Part shown: one piece after another, positions 20,422-30,730 of the stretch
Position numbering within the stretch: the stretch's first letter is position 1
Layout: every line of letters begins with the position of its first letter
Sequence record: PZ445489.1
Direction: 5' to 3' (one strand)
Origin: a phage
DNA length: 64,000 nucleotides
Notes under the pieces: generated by a model
What the model was told of the DNA's origin: nothing
The model's database searches: none
Seen by the model: the letters and a program-made list of their open reading frames with translations, nothing else
Translations under genes and position numbers: made by a program

Positions 20422-23189
20422 TGGCAGTAACTACTAAAATTATTGTACAACAAATATTAAATATTGATGATACTAAAGCTACTGCTAGTAAGTTTCCTAG
20501 ATATACAGTAATTCTAGGCAATTCTATTAGCTCTATTACTGCAAGTGAGTTAGTGTCTTCTATTGAGGCAGCAGCTAAGTCTGCTGCAGCTGCAAAAGAT
20601 TCTGAGATAGCGGCTAAAACTTCGGAACTTAACGCTAAAAACTCTGAACAGGAAGCTGCTATTTCTGCTGGAGCTTCTGAAACTTCTGCTACTCAGTCCG
20701 CTGCTTCTGCCGCCCAATCTGCTGCATCAGCTACTAAATCTGAGGAATCAGCAGCTGCAGCTAAAATATCTGAGACTAATGCTAAAACTAGCGAAGATAA
20801 GGCAAAGGCTAGTGAAATTAATGCAAAAACTAGTGAAACTAATGCAAAAACTAGTGAGACTAACGCAAAGGCTAGTGAAGATAAGGCAAAGGCTAGTGAA
20901 ACTAATGCTGCTGCTTCTGCTATTGCAGCAAAGGCTAGTGAAGATAAGGCAAAGGCTAGTGAAACTAATGCTGCTGCTTCTGCTTCGGATTCTAGAGGTT
21001 ATAGAGATGAGGCAGAAATATTCTCTACACAAGCCGGCGCATCAGCATCCGCTGCAAAAACCTCGGAAACAAATGCTAAAACTAGTGAAACAAATGCTAA
21101 AACTAGTGAGACTAATACAAAAACTAGTGAAACCAATGCAGCCCATTCCGCAGCCTCAGCTAGCCAATCAGTAACTACTATTCAAGGCTTAAAATCAGAT
21201 GTTGAGCAATTAAAAACAGATACTCAACTAATTAAAGACAGCACTATAGGTGAAACAACGGCTTTAAAATCTGATGTTGAGCAATTAAAAACAGATACAC
21301 AGAGTATTAAAGATAGTGCGGTAACGGAAACTACAGCGATAAAAGATGCTGCTGCAGCCGAGGCTGCACAAGCAAGTAATAGCGCTACCGAAGCAGGACG
21401 ACAAGCTAGCAATGCTGCTGGTAGCGCACAAAGTGCATCTACAGACGCTGGGCGTGCGGAAGTAGCTGCTGGCAAAGCTGAAGGTATTATTAGTAAATCG
21501 TTATTAAAAGAAAATAATCTTTCAGATCTGTCGGATATTAATGCTTCTCGTCAAACACTCCTTATAGACTCACTTGTGCAGGATGGGGTTCATACTTTTT
21601 TATATTCACATAATAGATTATATAGATTTGTTATTAGGGATGATGGTCTTATCGTTCTTCAGAAAAACATAAATGGTGATGGTATCTCATGGGAATCTCT
21701 TCCATTATCAATTATTGCTGGTGGTACTGGAGCGGATACACTTGAAGGTGCGAGATATAATTTAGGAGTTGATAGGCTGTTTCAGAATTCTGGTGAAACA
21801 GTTTTATACTCTCCAAACAAAGATAAGTATCTAAGCATTTCATCTGATGGGGATCATTGGGGCGTTTATGATGCTACAACCGATCAATGGCTACCACTAG
21901 GTATTCAATTTGGTGGTACAGGAGCTAAGGATGCGAATGGTATTAGAAATAATATAGGACTTGGCGAGAAACATGCACCAAAGTTCTTGAGTCTTACTGT
22001 TGAAAACGAAACGGAAAATGCAACTACTGCAAACGCAGGTCTATACCATTCAAAATTAAAGAGTGCACAAGGCGAAGATATTGGTTCATCTCAGTCTTAT
22101 TTTGAGACTCAATTAGGTGTAGGTAAACACACAATTGGTGTGTTTCATAATAACTTGTCTCACTATTATCAGTTTAATGAAAATGGTACTTTTTCAGGAG
22201 CTAAATCAATCGCATTAGCTGCTGGTGCAGGTATTTATGTTGACGGAAATGAACGCAATCCGTCACAACTATTTTCAATCATGAATCCACCAATAAACAC
22301 ATGGACTGGTGTAAGTCGTTACAACTGGTATGACGATTATGCTATCGCTGGTTTAATCAGAAGAGGTGACACACACATTGAATCTTTTGGAATAGAACTG
22401 TATCAAGCAGGTATACAGAACTATATGCACAAGTTTTACCCTGACGGAAGAACCCATTCCGCCCAATATACAGGGAAGACCCAACAAATGGGCTGGGATG
22501 ATCCTAACTATTGGGGTAACGCTCTAGTTTGGGGCGAGATTATTGGTAACAATGATGGTGGATGGGCGCCAGGTCTATCATGGGGTACTCAATCAACAGG
22601 TGGATATCCACTTCGCGCAACATGGGGGCTTATCCCACAAGGTAATAATGCTTGGCCTTTTTGCTCGTTAAGACTTCGTGGTGATGGGGAGTTTTTCTGC
22701 AACTTCCAGTTTCAACCAGCGTCAAATGATATAACAACATGGTCATCAAGTGGAAATTTCATTTTTCAAAAGGCCGCTAACTCTGACAGAGATTTAAAGC
22801 ATGATATAATTTATACAGATGGAAAAGAAAGCTATGACCGAGTTATGCAGTGGTTGCCAACGATGTTTAAATACAACGGTAGCGACATTCAACGATTCGG
22901 CTTAATAGCTCAAGACCTGCTAAAAATAGACCCCGAATACGTAAAATTAATCCCAGGAGGTGATATTTTTGCAGATGTTGTAGGTGTTAACGATGATGGT
23001 GAAGAATATGTAGATCGTCAAATTGTTGTTGACAAAGCGGATGACACATTAGCGCTTGATAACAACGTCATTATGGCAGATTTAGCTTGCGCATTTCGTT
23101 ATCAAGCCGATAAAGTTAACAAACTTGAGCAAGAATTAACCGAACTGAAAAAACTTGTGAGTGAGCTCATTAAGCCAGATAACTCATAA
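20421..23189 (+). CDS. L-shaped (lateral) tail fibre with C-terminal intramolecular chaperone domain
   Basis: 922 aa; N-terminal Ala/Ser-rich heptad repeats (TSETNAK, KASEDKAKASETNAAASA); C-terminal DLKHD...FGLIAQDL segment resembling S74 autoproteolytic chaperone. Confidence 0.8.
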   Translation: MAVTTKIIVQQILNIDDTKATASKFPRYTVILGNSISSITASELVSSIEAAAKSAAAAKDSEIAAKTSELNAKNSEQEAAISAGASETSATQSAASAAQSAASATKSEESAAAAKISETNAKTSEDKAKASEINAKTSETNAKTSETNAKASEDKAKASETNAAASAIAAKASEDKAKASETNAAASASDSRGYRDEAEIFSTQAGASASAAKTSETNAKTSETNAKTSETNTKTSETNAAHSAASASQSVTTIQGLKSDVEQLKTDTQLIKDSTIGETTALKSDVEQLKTDTQSIKDSAVTETTAIKDAAAAEAAQASNSATEAGRQASNAAGSAQSASTDAGRAEVAAGKAEGIISKSLLKENNLSDLSDINASRQTLLIDSLVQDGVHTFLYSHNRLYRFVIRDDGLIVLQKNINGDGISWESLPLSIIAGGTGADTLEGARYNLGVDRLFQNSGETVLYSPNKDKYLSISSDGDHWGVYDATTDQWLPLGIQFGGTGAKDANGIRNNIGLGEKHAPKFLSLTVENETENATTANAGLYHSKLKSAQGEDIGSSQSYFETQLGVGKHTIGVFHNNLSHYYQFNENGTFSGAKSIALAAGAGIYVDGNERNPSQLFSIMNPPINTWTGVSRYNWYDDYAIAGLIRRGDTHIESFGIELYQAGIQNYMHKFYPDGRTHSAQYTGKTQQMGWDDPNYWGNALVWGEIIGNNDGGWAPGLSWGTQSTGGYPLRATWGLIPQGNNAWPFCSLRLRGDGEFFCNFQFQPASNDITTWSSSGNFIFQKAANSDRDLKHDIIYTDGKESYDRVMQWLPTMFKYNGSDIQRFGLIAQDLLKIDPEYVKLIPGGDIFADVVGVNDDGEEYVDRQIVVDKADDTLALDNNVIMADLACAFRYQADKVNKLEQELTELKKLVSELIKPDNS

Positions 23190-23207
23190 TGTATACATAG
23201 TAAAAAG

Positions 23208-23241
23208 AAACCCCAGCGAACAAAATCCGCTGGGGTTTTTC
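23208..23241. terminator. Bidirectional rho-independent terminator between convergent late and early modules
   Basis: CCCCAGCG-AACAAAATC-CGCTGGGG hairpin flanked by A-run on one side and TTTTT on the other. Confidence 0.8.
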
Positions 23242-23246
23242 TATAA

Positions 23247-23507
23247 CTAGCTTCTACAACCTTCTATAATACCAAGATTATAAATAGTTAATAGTATTTT
23301 TAAATGCTCAGTATCCGTATTAGTACAAAGATCCACAAAACCTTCAGGATCCCAGAAAATAACATTACCTTCTTTATCTGTTTTTAGTACGACCGTTTCT
23401 GGTTCAGTAGTTTTAATCTGATAAGTTGACGTATTAGTATCAATACCTACCATATTAGGATCGGTAAAATTATTTGCTTCCTGAACTTCCAAATCCGCCT
23501 TCACCAC
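23247..23507 (-). CDS. Hypothetical small protein (start uncertain)
   Basis: 86 aa ORF downstream of dUTPase; 38-nt overlap with dUTPase suggests a later start may be used. Confidence 0.35.
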   Translation of the reverse strand: MVKADLEVQEANNFTDPNMVGIDTNTSTYQIKTTEPETVVLKTDKEGNVIFWDPEGFVDLCTNTDTEHLKILLTIYNLGIIEGCRS

Positions 23508-23916
23508 GATTAGTCTCCCCTAGTTCGTCAACGATTTCAAAATTATGAGTTGAGTAGTGTGGTACTACTACTAGCTGACAAAGTCTTTCAAAATTCTCCA
23601 GAGTTTGTATTTCAGAACCGTAGTTATAAAGGTTCATCTTAATAGTACCACGATAGTCTGAGTCGATCACTCCTGCGGTATTTGCAATCATCAAATGACG
23701 TTTACCTAAAGAACTACGAGGAACCACCAAACCGAACCAACCTCGCGGAATTTCTACCGCGACACCGGTGTCAATCATTAGGGATTTGCCTGGTGCAATA
23801 GCTCGTAAGTCTGCGGCAGGGTTAGTACCAAAGAATGCTCGCAGATCCATACCCGCGGCATCTTCGGAACCAATCTTAGGCATACAATCTGGATGAGTTA
23901 ATTTAATTTTAATCAT
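23470..23916 (-). CDS. dut: dUTP pyrophosphatase (dUTPase)
   Basis: 148 aa; AAGMDL, GLVVPRSSL, GVIDSDYRG and C-terminal RGEGGFGSSG motifs. Confidence 0.9.
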   Translation of the reverse strand: MIKIKLTHPDCMPKIGSEDAAGMDLRAFFGTNPAADLRAIAPGKSLMIDTGVAVEIPRGWFGLVVPRSSLGKRHLMIANTAGVIDSDYRGTIKMNLYNYGSEIQTLENFERLCQLVVVPHYSTHNFEIVDELGETNRGEGGFGSSGSK

Positions 23917-24788
23917 TGTTCTGCAATCTCCAAAATATCTTTTGTAAACTTATCTAACACATCTTGACCTACAGCAGCAATAGCATCCACACAGTAGGTA
24001 GGTAAATCAACCAGAATTAGGTTTCGATAAAGCAACTCTTCCGAAGCATTTAAATTCTGTATATACTTCTGTTTTCCAGGCAGTGGAAGCTGATCAATAA
24101 TATCCAGAACGTTACCGAATTCACGAATAATGTTATATCCGCGTTTTGCCCCAATACCTTCAACACCTCGGATATTATCCCCTAAATCACCCATAATTGC
24201 TTTCAGAGAGATAAACTGCTCTACATCGTCAACATTATGATGCTCGTACATATCACGAAGATGGTATTCACGACGTGTTGTGAAAGAAAAACGAGAAACT
24301 TTATCTGTTAATAAAGTATCCCAGTCACCGTCAGTAGAAATCAACCAAACGTGATCATATAGATGCCCGATGAGCTTAACAATATAAGCTGCCATGTCGT
24401 CTGCTTCTACACCACGAATAGTGAAAGTTGGGAATGTAGTTTCACATAATTCGAAAGCATCTTTCAAATACTCAAAGAACTGCTCATCTAATGCTTTCTC
24501 CTCTTCCGTACGCTGCGAGTATTTCTCATCTCGGTTCCCTTTATACTCGGGGAGATGTTCTAAGCGGAATACAGACTTCCCCTTATCTCCTAAAACTATT
24601 GTAGTTCTAGCAGAATAAGATTTTGCAAGAGACTGAATAGTGGAAACATAACTTGAGGCAAATGGTTTTTTACTATTGTTATGCTTGAAGCGAAAGCCTA
24701 AGTTAGTTCCATCGACAATCATTAGGTTACGACGGGAAGCCATTTCAGCTTCCTCTTCTTCAATAAATTTTCCCCAGGATTTACTCAT
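23913..24788 (-). CDS. Flap endonuclease / 5'-3' exonuclease (D15-like)
   Basis: 291 aa; N-terminal acidic PIN-like and helix-hairpin-helix segments (GIGAKRG); overlaps dUTPase start. Confidence 0.85.
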   Translation of the reverse strand: MSKSWGKFIEEEEAEMASRRNLMIVDGTNLGFRFKHNNSKKPFASSYVSTIQSLAKSYSARTTIVLGDKGKSVFRLEHLPEYKGNRDEKYSQRTEEEKALDEQFFEYLKDAFELCETTFPTFTIRGVEADDMAAYIVKLIGHLYDHVWLISTDGDWDTLLTDKVSRFSFTTRREYHLRDMYEHHNVDDVEQFISLKAIMGDLGDNIRGVEGIGAKRGYNIIREFGNVLDIIDQLPLPGKQKYIQNLNASEELLYRNLILVDLPTYCVDAIAAVGQDVLDKFTKDILEIAEQ

Positions 24789-25270
24789 TATTTAATTAAG
24801 TCCTCAACAGATGCATGACGTAGCCACGGCTCAAATAAACCAATTACGATTTCCATGTCTTTCTTATTTAACACCATATGGGTACGACTCATTAAGTTGT
24901 CAACCATTGGGTCTGAGCTATCCAAAGCTATTAACCACTGTCCTCTGTCTTTCTTGAATATTAAGGCAGGCTTGGAGTTCATCTGCTCACCTTCACGTGA
25001 GCATTGCTGCCACCACTTCTCTAGAGTGGATTCACCAACATTAAATAAATTACTTGATAATGCGTCATCTTTATACCACTTAACTTCGAAGCAGTATTTA
25101 CTAATGTGTCCGCTTTGTGGTGGAAGGTAGATGTCACCTTTCAGTCCGTGGCTCTGGCCAAAAGCACCAGAGCCAGGAACACGTTCCCACTCAAGACCTG
25201 TACGCTCACGTAGAATATCTCTTACCTGATATTCACCACGTTTACCTTTCTCTCTACTATCTACAGCCAT
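24788..25270 (-). CDS. Putative PD-(D/E)xK-type nuclease (D14-like position)
   Basis: 160 aa; GDIY...EVKW segment resembling restriction-endonuclease-fold catalytic core. Confidence 0.45.
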   Translation of the reverse strand: MAVDSREKGKRGEYQVRDILRERTGLEWERVPGSGAFGQSHGLKGDIYLPPQSGHISKYCFEVKWYKDDALSSNLFNVGESTLEKWWQQCSREGEQMNSKPALIFKKDRGQWLIALDSSDPMVDNLMSRTHMVLNKKDMEIVIGLFEPWLRHASVEDLIK

Positions 25271-25273
25271 GTT

Positions 25274-27112
25274 TTATTCTAAGTAGGAAAATCCTTCTGC
25301 ATCTTTTTTGACAGTAATCTTATGAGCTAGTGGATGCGTATGCCCATGAGAAACAATGATAGAATTTAGACTTTCTTCCTCATTTAATAGTTCAACGAGA
25401 GTATCAAGTCCTTTTGTATCAATAAAGCTAATTACTTCATCAAGGAATAGAAGATTAATATTAACTTTACTAATAGATGTTAACAGCATCCGAATAGCTA
25501 ACAGGGTTGCTAGATTAATTCGACTTTGCTGACCAGTAGAGCAGTTCTCCATACTGGTACGGTTTCCATCATTGAAGATTACTACTTGTAATTTTGTTTC
25601 ATCAAGTTCAAATCCAAGTGCGAATTTACCACCAGTCATAATAGAAAGGTATTTATTAATTAATTCTTCGAATACTTTCACACTATGCTCTAGTTTATAT
25701 CCTACTAGATTCTTCAATGCAGCAATCAGAATATCGAGATCAGCAACAGCTTCTGATACTTCATTTAATTTGGAAGTAATCTCAGACATTTCTGCTTCAG
25801 CTTTCTCAATCTGTTCTAGTTTCGCTTTATATTTCGCATTGGCTAATTCTACATTTGCATTATGCTCTTTGGCAATTGCAACCTTAGAGCGGCCATCAGC
25901 GATTTCCTGTTCTAATTGTCGGATTTGCACCTGTAGGATTTGCACATTGAGTTCTTCAAAAGAAGTATCACTCATTGAATTTTTGAACTCGTCTCTAGCT
26001 ACCACTGCTTTATCCAAAGCATCCTTTGCTCTAGTATATGCAACGTACTCAAGTTGTTCTTTCTTCAACTGTTCTAGCTTAGCTTCAAGAGATTGCTTCT
26101 CTTTGAACAGAGGATCATATTCTATTCTAGCCATATCCATTGCTTTTTGAGCAGCAGTTGTATCCAGATGAGTACCGCAAGTAGGGCATTCAGTATTTGA
26201 AGCCTCTTGCTTGAACTTCTGATAACGTTTCTTAACTTCGCCTGCACGTGAGGTCACAATCGTTAGGTCACGCGTAACACTTGAGATCTCTTCATTTTGG
26301 TCGGTGGGCGCAGGTAAATTTTTGAAAGGCTCGAAAGATTGTTCGGCAACTTGTACAGCTTTGTCCAAATTACGCAACTTAGTAATATTAGCCTCTTGAG
26401 ACTTGGCTAATACCGCCTTAATTTTCGATTCAGTAAGTTCTTGTGCTAATGGTTCTTCATCAAACTCCGGTACTTCTACAGGTTCCTGTAGAGTTCCTAG
26501 ATTATTCTTTCCATTAAGGATTTTCGTAATTACAGCCATTTGGCCCTGCAAATTATTTAAGGTATTTGCTATTTCTTTACGGTCAGCCTTAATAGTTTCT
26601 GACATTTCTTTATATTGTTCTTGATTGAACAAGTTAACAAGAAAAGCCTTACGTGTTGCATCTGTTGCTTTTAGAAAGTCTAGATTGGAACCCACTGATT
26701 GATAAATTAGTTTGGTGAATGTTTGGAAGTCACCACCCATAATCTCTTCAATCATCTTGTATGTTTGGGTTGCCGTGTGTCCACTAATATCTTCCCCATT
26801 TTTAATAAGAGTTACTTTAGCAGTTGACTTAACTACTTTATGTAGTTCATACTCATCTTCATCTTTCGAGAAATAAGCGTGCATATCATACTCTTTTTTC
26901 GGAGAAGACCAAGAGAACAGAGCATCTTTCTTAATACCGCGTGAGTTCTTATTATAAAAGAGTTCTTCAATAACAGTGGCGATGGTGGATTTTCCTAATC
27001 CATTGCCACCAATTAGTTGAGTAACTGGATTCTTATCGAAATGAATTACGATGTCCTTACCGTAAGACATAACGTTACTAAATTTTAGTGTCTTAATTGT
27101 AATCTTTGACAT
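25274..27112 (-). CDS. SbcC/Rad50-like ATPase (D13-like)
   Basis: Walker A GGNGLGKST, long coiled coils, central CPTCG zinc hook, C-terminal LLFLDEV Walker B; start placed at internal Met (track start 27187 overlaps sbcD-like gene). Confidence 0.8.
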   Translation of the reverse strand: MSKITIKTLKFSNVMSYGKDIVIHFDKNPVTQLIGGNGLGKSTIATVIEELFYNKNSRGIKKDALFSWSSPKKEYDMHAYFSKDEDEYELHKVVKSTAKVTLIKNGEDISGHTATQTYKMIEEIMGGDFQTFTKLIYQSVGSNLDFLKATDATRKAFLVNLFNQEQYKEMSETIKADRKEIANTLNNLQGQMAVITKILNGKNNLGTLQEPVEVPEFDEEPLAQELTESKIKAVLAKSQEANITKLRNLDKAVQVAEQSFEPFKNLPAPTDQNEEISSVTRDLTIVTSRAGEVKKRYQKFKQEASNTECPTCGTHLDTTAAQKAMDMARIEYDPLFKEKQSLEAKLEQLKKEQLEYVAYTRAKDALDKAVVARDEFKNSMSDTSFEELNVQILQVQIRQLEQEIADGRSKVAIAKEHNANVELANAKYKAKLEQIEKAEAEMSEITSKLNEVSEAVADLDILIAALKNLVGYKLEHSVKVFEELINKYLSIMTGGKFALGFELDETKLQVVIFNDGNRTSMENCSTGQQSRINLATLLAIRMLLTSISKVNINLLFLDEVISFIDTKGLDTLVELLNEEESLNSIIVSHGHTHPLAHKITVKKDAEGFSYLE

Positions 27113-28070
27113 ATTTCGCAGCTCTAGCCAAGATTCTATCAATGTCGCCTTGAGATAGCTTCTCGACTTCACGGAAGTAAAGTTCAAGTTCGCCTAACAT
27201 ATCAAGATCAACAAGATTTAACTTAGCGTCTTTAGTAACTCGATGGTTAATCTTCTTATCTAATAAATCAGAGTCTTTGATAGACTTTAACTGAACAACG
27301 TCACCAGTAACTTCATAGACTACACGATCATAATCACTAGGTTCCATCTCTTCACCAGCTCCGATTGTTTTACGAATCAGTTGTGGTAAATCACCGAGTT
27401 CAATCCATTCTACTTTTAATGTGTCGGTATCAACGATAAAGCAACCATTTGTACCTTTTGTGCGTTCTCTATGGAACGATGTAGTTAATGGAGACCCTGG
27501 GTAGAGGAGCCTAGTAGATCCGATAGTCTGGCTATTAGTATAAGAATGTAAATCGCCAGCAACTACAGTATCATAACAGTTGTACTTAGTTAGATCAATT
27601 TCTGGTTTTACATGCGGAGGGATTTCACCGCGAACATGCGTGAAACATAGTTTTGATTCAGATGGTTTCCACTTAGATTTATGGATTTCGTCATATGGAA
27701 CAATATCAAATTCAGGGGAACGATATGGTTTGGTAATTACTTCCCACTTACCACTCGTTACTTTATTAATAACTCCTGCATAATGATACAGACATGAAAT
27801 GGTTTTCGTTAACATTTCATGATTTCCAGTAAAGATTTTGCCTGGATGGTCAAGTCTTGACATGAACTGTTCAAGCAGTTCTATTTCTTCTGACGACGGG
27901 TCGGCAACATCAAGTATATCACCGCCAGCAATATGAAGATCGCAGTTATGATTATGGAATATATCATTTAACCGTTCTCCTAGCATCAGGAAGCGACGCT
28001 TCTGCCATTCCTTTGGAACTTTATCTTGTCCTAGTTTGATATGATGATCAGCACTAAATAATATTCTCAT
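27093..28070 (-). CDS. SbcD/Mre11-like metallophosphoesterase nuclease (D12-like)
   Basis: 325 aa; SADHH, GGDILD, GNHE metallophosphatase motifs. Confidence 0.85.
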   Translation of the reverse strand: MRILFSADHHIKLGQDKVPKEWQKRRFLMLGERLNDIFHNHNCDLHIAGGDILDVADPSSEEIELLEQFMSRLDHPGKIFTGNHEMLTKTISCLYHYAGVINKVTSGKWEVITKPYRSPEFDIVPYDEIHKSKWKPSESKLCFTHVRGEIPPHVKPEIDLTKYNCYDTVVAGDLHSYTNSQTIGSTRLLYPGSPLTTSFHRERTKGTNGCFIVDTDTLKVEWIELGDLPQLIRKTIGAGEEMEPSDYDRVVYEVTGDVVQLKSIKDSDLLDKKINHRVTKDAKLNLVDLDMLGELELYFREVEKLSQGDIDRILARAAKYVKDYN

Positions 28071-28090
28071 TGGTTAAAAAGAAAGGGGCC
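28062..28090 (-). terminator. Rho-independent terminator (GGGGC-GAAA-GCCCC type hairpin)
   Basis: Hairpin followed on - strand by TTTCTTTTT; downstream of 28107..28880. Confidence 0.65.
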
Positions 28091-28106
28091 GAAGCCCCTC
28101 TATTTA

Positions 28107-28880
28107 TTAGTCGTCCAGATCGCTTGCAGCTTCTTGGTCAATACCTTTCTGGGAACCAGCATTGCTGTTACCAGATTTGGCATCATCATCTTTATTCTCA
28201 CGACCTTCCATGAAGGCTTGAATTGCTTCTTTCTGCTCTTCATAGGTAGGAACCGGATAGGTTTGTTCCAGAGAAGGAACTTTTTCGAACTTAATGATGT
28301 CACCATCTTCATCACACATAGCTTCACCGATCAGATCTACATCCGCAGCATATTGCTTAGATTCCGCACTGTTAGGATCTTGCAGCTTAATCTGGAACTG
28401 CATAGCAGCAATCTGCTGTACATCATACTCAGTATCGAAACCTTTACCTTTTTTCTCGATAGAAATATCAATATCAAACGGAGTTGCCAGGTTCAACTGC
28501 TTCATGATAGACTGGATGCCTTTCAGAATAGTAGCCTTGACTTCCATTACTTTCAGTTTGTTATCAGAACGGTCAATAACAAAAGCGATATAGTTTTTCT
28601 TCGGTTTCAGCGGAACACGATTACCGTCTTTATCCAGCTCTTTCTCAAAGAAGCCCATCTCATGAACCGGATCGGCTTTACCACGAACAAAGCTCTCTTT
28701 GTCACGGTTGAAACGAAGACATTCGAAAGGAGCTACGCTACCCTCTTTATTAGTCAGCCAATAGACATAACGTGGAAGAACACCAGAAACGATACGAACA
28801 CGAGTGATACCGTTGTTGAACTTCAGGAATTCGATTTTATCGTTAGAACCGCCAGTAGTTTCGCCCCAAGACTTAGCCAT
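28107..28880 (-). CDS. Putative ssDNA-binding protein (D11-like position)
   Basis: 257 aa with strongly acidic C-terminal tail (AASDLDD) as seen in SSB proteins; replication-module location. Confidence 0.4.
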   Translation of the reverse strand: MAKSWGETTGGSNDKIEFLKFNNGITRVRIVSGVLPRYVYWLTNKEGSVAPFECLRFNRDKESFVRGKADPVHEMGFFEKELDKDGNRVPLKPKKNYIAFVIDRSDNKLKVMEVKATILKGIQSIMKQLNLATPFDIDISIEKKGKGFDTEYDVQQIAAMQFQIKLQDPNSAESKQYAADVDLIGEAMCDEDGDIIKFEKVPSLEQTYPVPTYEEQKEAIQAFMEGRENKDDDAKSGNSNAGSQKGIDQEAASDLDD

Positions 28881-29157
28881 ATTTTATTTCCTCTTTAAAG
28901 ATTAATTTCGATTTGTTAATTGCGATTAGTGGGTTAGTGTCGATTACTAAACGTGGTATCCATACTGGAACATATTGTATGTCCAAACTAGGATCGTTTG
29001 TAAACTTGTATTCGGCATAATTTCGTAGACTTAAAATTCCTAGATATTCTGCCAGTTGTCTATTAGACAATTTATTTGGATTATCAACTATTGTTGATTC
29101 ATTCAAAATGAATGAAGAACCGACCAATAATTGGTGAGCATCAGGCTCTGTAAGCAT
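28873..29157 (-). CDS. Hypothetical protein
   Basis: 94 aa ORF downstream of tandem promoters. Confidence 0.4.
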   Translation of the reverse strand: MLTEPDAHQLLVGSSFILNESTIVDNPNKLSNRQLAEYLGILSLRNYAEYKFTNDPSLDIQYVPVWIPRLVIDTNPLIAINKSKLIFKEEIKYG

Positions 29158-29257
29158 TCTTTTGAATAGCTTAATAATTAGGTCGGAATTTCCTCTAGCT
29201 AGTAAGTATAGCTTTTCATAATCGAAGAATTTAATTTTTGTTTTCTCCTCGAATTTA

Positions 29258-29295
29258 TGTATATATTATACTAGATTTCGAGAGAATTTAGCAAC
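29258..29295 (-). promoter_or_regulatory. Early sigma70-type promoter (proximal copy of tandem pair)
   Basis: TTGCTA-18 nt-TATAAT with conserved downstream TATAATATATACATAAATT box. Confidence 0.55.
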
Positions 29296-29359
29296 TAAAA
29301 TTTTTATTTTTCTGCTTCGTACTTTCTTATCAATCCGAAACTTTCTCTCTCAAATTTAT

Positions 29360-29395
29360 GTATATATTATACATCATTTATGAGCTATTGCCAAA
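29360..29395 (-). promoter_or_regulatory. Early sigma70-type promoter (distal copy of tandem pair)
   Basis: TTGGCA-17 nt-TATAAT with the same ~25-nt downstream box repeated about 95 bp from the first copy. Confidence 0.5.
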
Positions 29396-30730
29396 TGCAA
29401 TTTTAGCTAATTGAACTGCTTTCTCAGGAGTCATGGTAATAGTTTTCCACCCGTTATTACGATATACTGCCATACGCCCAGAAGCCTGTCTTAGCCCAGT
29501 ACCACCTTTCATAATTAGATCTACAACAATAGGGTCGAGTTTACCCTCGACAATACGTTGAACACGACCTGCAAGCTGTTCAATGAGAGACTCATTATTA
29601 ATGAGACTTCCCATTATTAAACAAGACAACTCATTAAGAGAAATACCTTCAGAGAAGATACTTTGAGCTGCTGCAAGTACACAAGGTCCACCTTTTGCTA
29701 TATCTTCCTGAATTTTTAATCGGTCATCCAAGTGGGTTGCCCCTATAATTTCATATGTTGTAACACCACGCTGTGCAAGAGCTTCTAGTACTGTTTGGAT
29801 TAACTCTGTTCTATCACTTACAATGAGTACTTTATGCCCCATATTCACATATAAATGTGCTAGGTTTATAATAGTTTCTCGATATTCAGGATGATTATAC
29901 ACATCGTTAGCACGTAATGCCCATGGTACGTTTTGGTTTCCTGATAACTCAACAGGTACGGAGTACCTATGGATTGTAGGTGCAACAGTATTATTAACCG
30001 GCGGACTAAATATCTTATATCCAAAGAAATCTTTGAACATAACTTGTAGACCGTCTTTCCGTTTTAATGTGCCGGATAGTCCAATTTTATAGCGAGCACA
30101 GGATATTTCTAGGAAGTTAGTGAAAGTTGTAGCCACACAATGGTGAACTTCATCAACTATAACAGTACCGAATACTTTAGAAAGATTATTCGCATGTTTA
30201 TTCACTGTTTGAATATTACTGACCACAATTGGTGGATCAATGTTATATTTCCCAGAACCTATTATGCCTGGTTCAAACCCAAACCATTTACGAACTTCTG
30301 CTGCCCACATCTCACGAATAGATGTATTTGTACAGATTACCAAAGTTTTCTGGCCAAATTTATACGCAAGTGCAAGGGCTAGGATAGTTTTACCAAATCC
30401 AGGTTTACCATTAATAATACAGGTATCGTCACATTCTTCATATATTGGAAGCTGATCTTCTTCACGCAGCTTGAACTTAGGTTCTGGTATAGCTACTGGA
30501 GCTAATGTGCGTTTATCTACTAATTCGTATTTTACTCCTTTAGCATCTAGTAAGTCCAGACGCGTAATAGGAATCCACTTAATCTCTTTGGCAACAACAC
30601 CACTATTCTTGTACATAATAGGGTATTTACTAGTCATTGTCTCTATGTGATAAGTGGTTTGCTTACTACAATAATCCCAAAGTTCATCATCGGGCTTGAA
30701 ATAGGCTTTATTAGATATAACAACTTTCAT
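29378..30730 (-). CDS. SF2 DEAD/DExH-box helicase (D10-like)
   Basis: 450 aa; Walker A GKPGFGKT, Walker B VIVDEVHH, C-terminal helicase motifs. Confidence 0.8.
   Translation of the reverse strand: MKVVISNKAYFKPDDELWDYCSKQTTYHIETMTSKYPIMYKNSGVVAKEIKWIPITRLDLLDAKGVKYELVDKRTLAPVAIPEPKFKLREEDQLPIYEECDDTCIINGKPGFGKTILALALAYKFGQKTLVICTNTSIREMWAAEVRKWFGFEPGIIGSGKYNIDPPIVVSNIQTVNKHANNLSKVFGTVIVDEVHHCVATTFTNFLEISCARYKIGLSGTLKRKDGLQVMFKDFFGYKIFSPPVNNTVAPTIHRYSVPVELSGNQNVPWALRANDVYNHPEYRETIINLAHLYVNMGHKVLIVSDRTELIQTVLEALAQRGVTTYEIIGATHLDDRLKIQEDIAKGGPCVLAAAQSIFSEGISLNELSCLIMGSLINNESLIEQLAGRVQRIVEGKLDPIVVDLIMKGGTGLRQASGRMAVYRNNGWKTITMTPEKAVQLAKIAFGNSS

Noticed and set aside
20748-21174. Tandem repeat array that could superficially resemble a CRISPR or VNTR locus
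   Set aside because: Repeats are in frame inside the tail fibre ORF, are imperfect and contiguous with no spacers, and encode heptad protein repeats.
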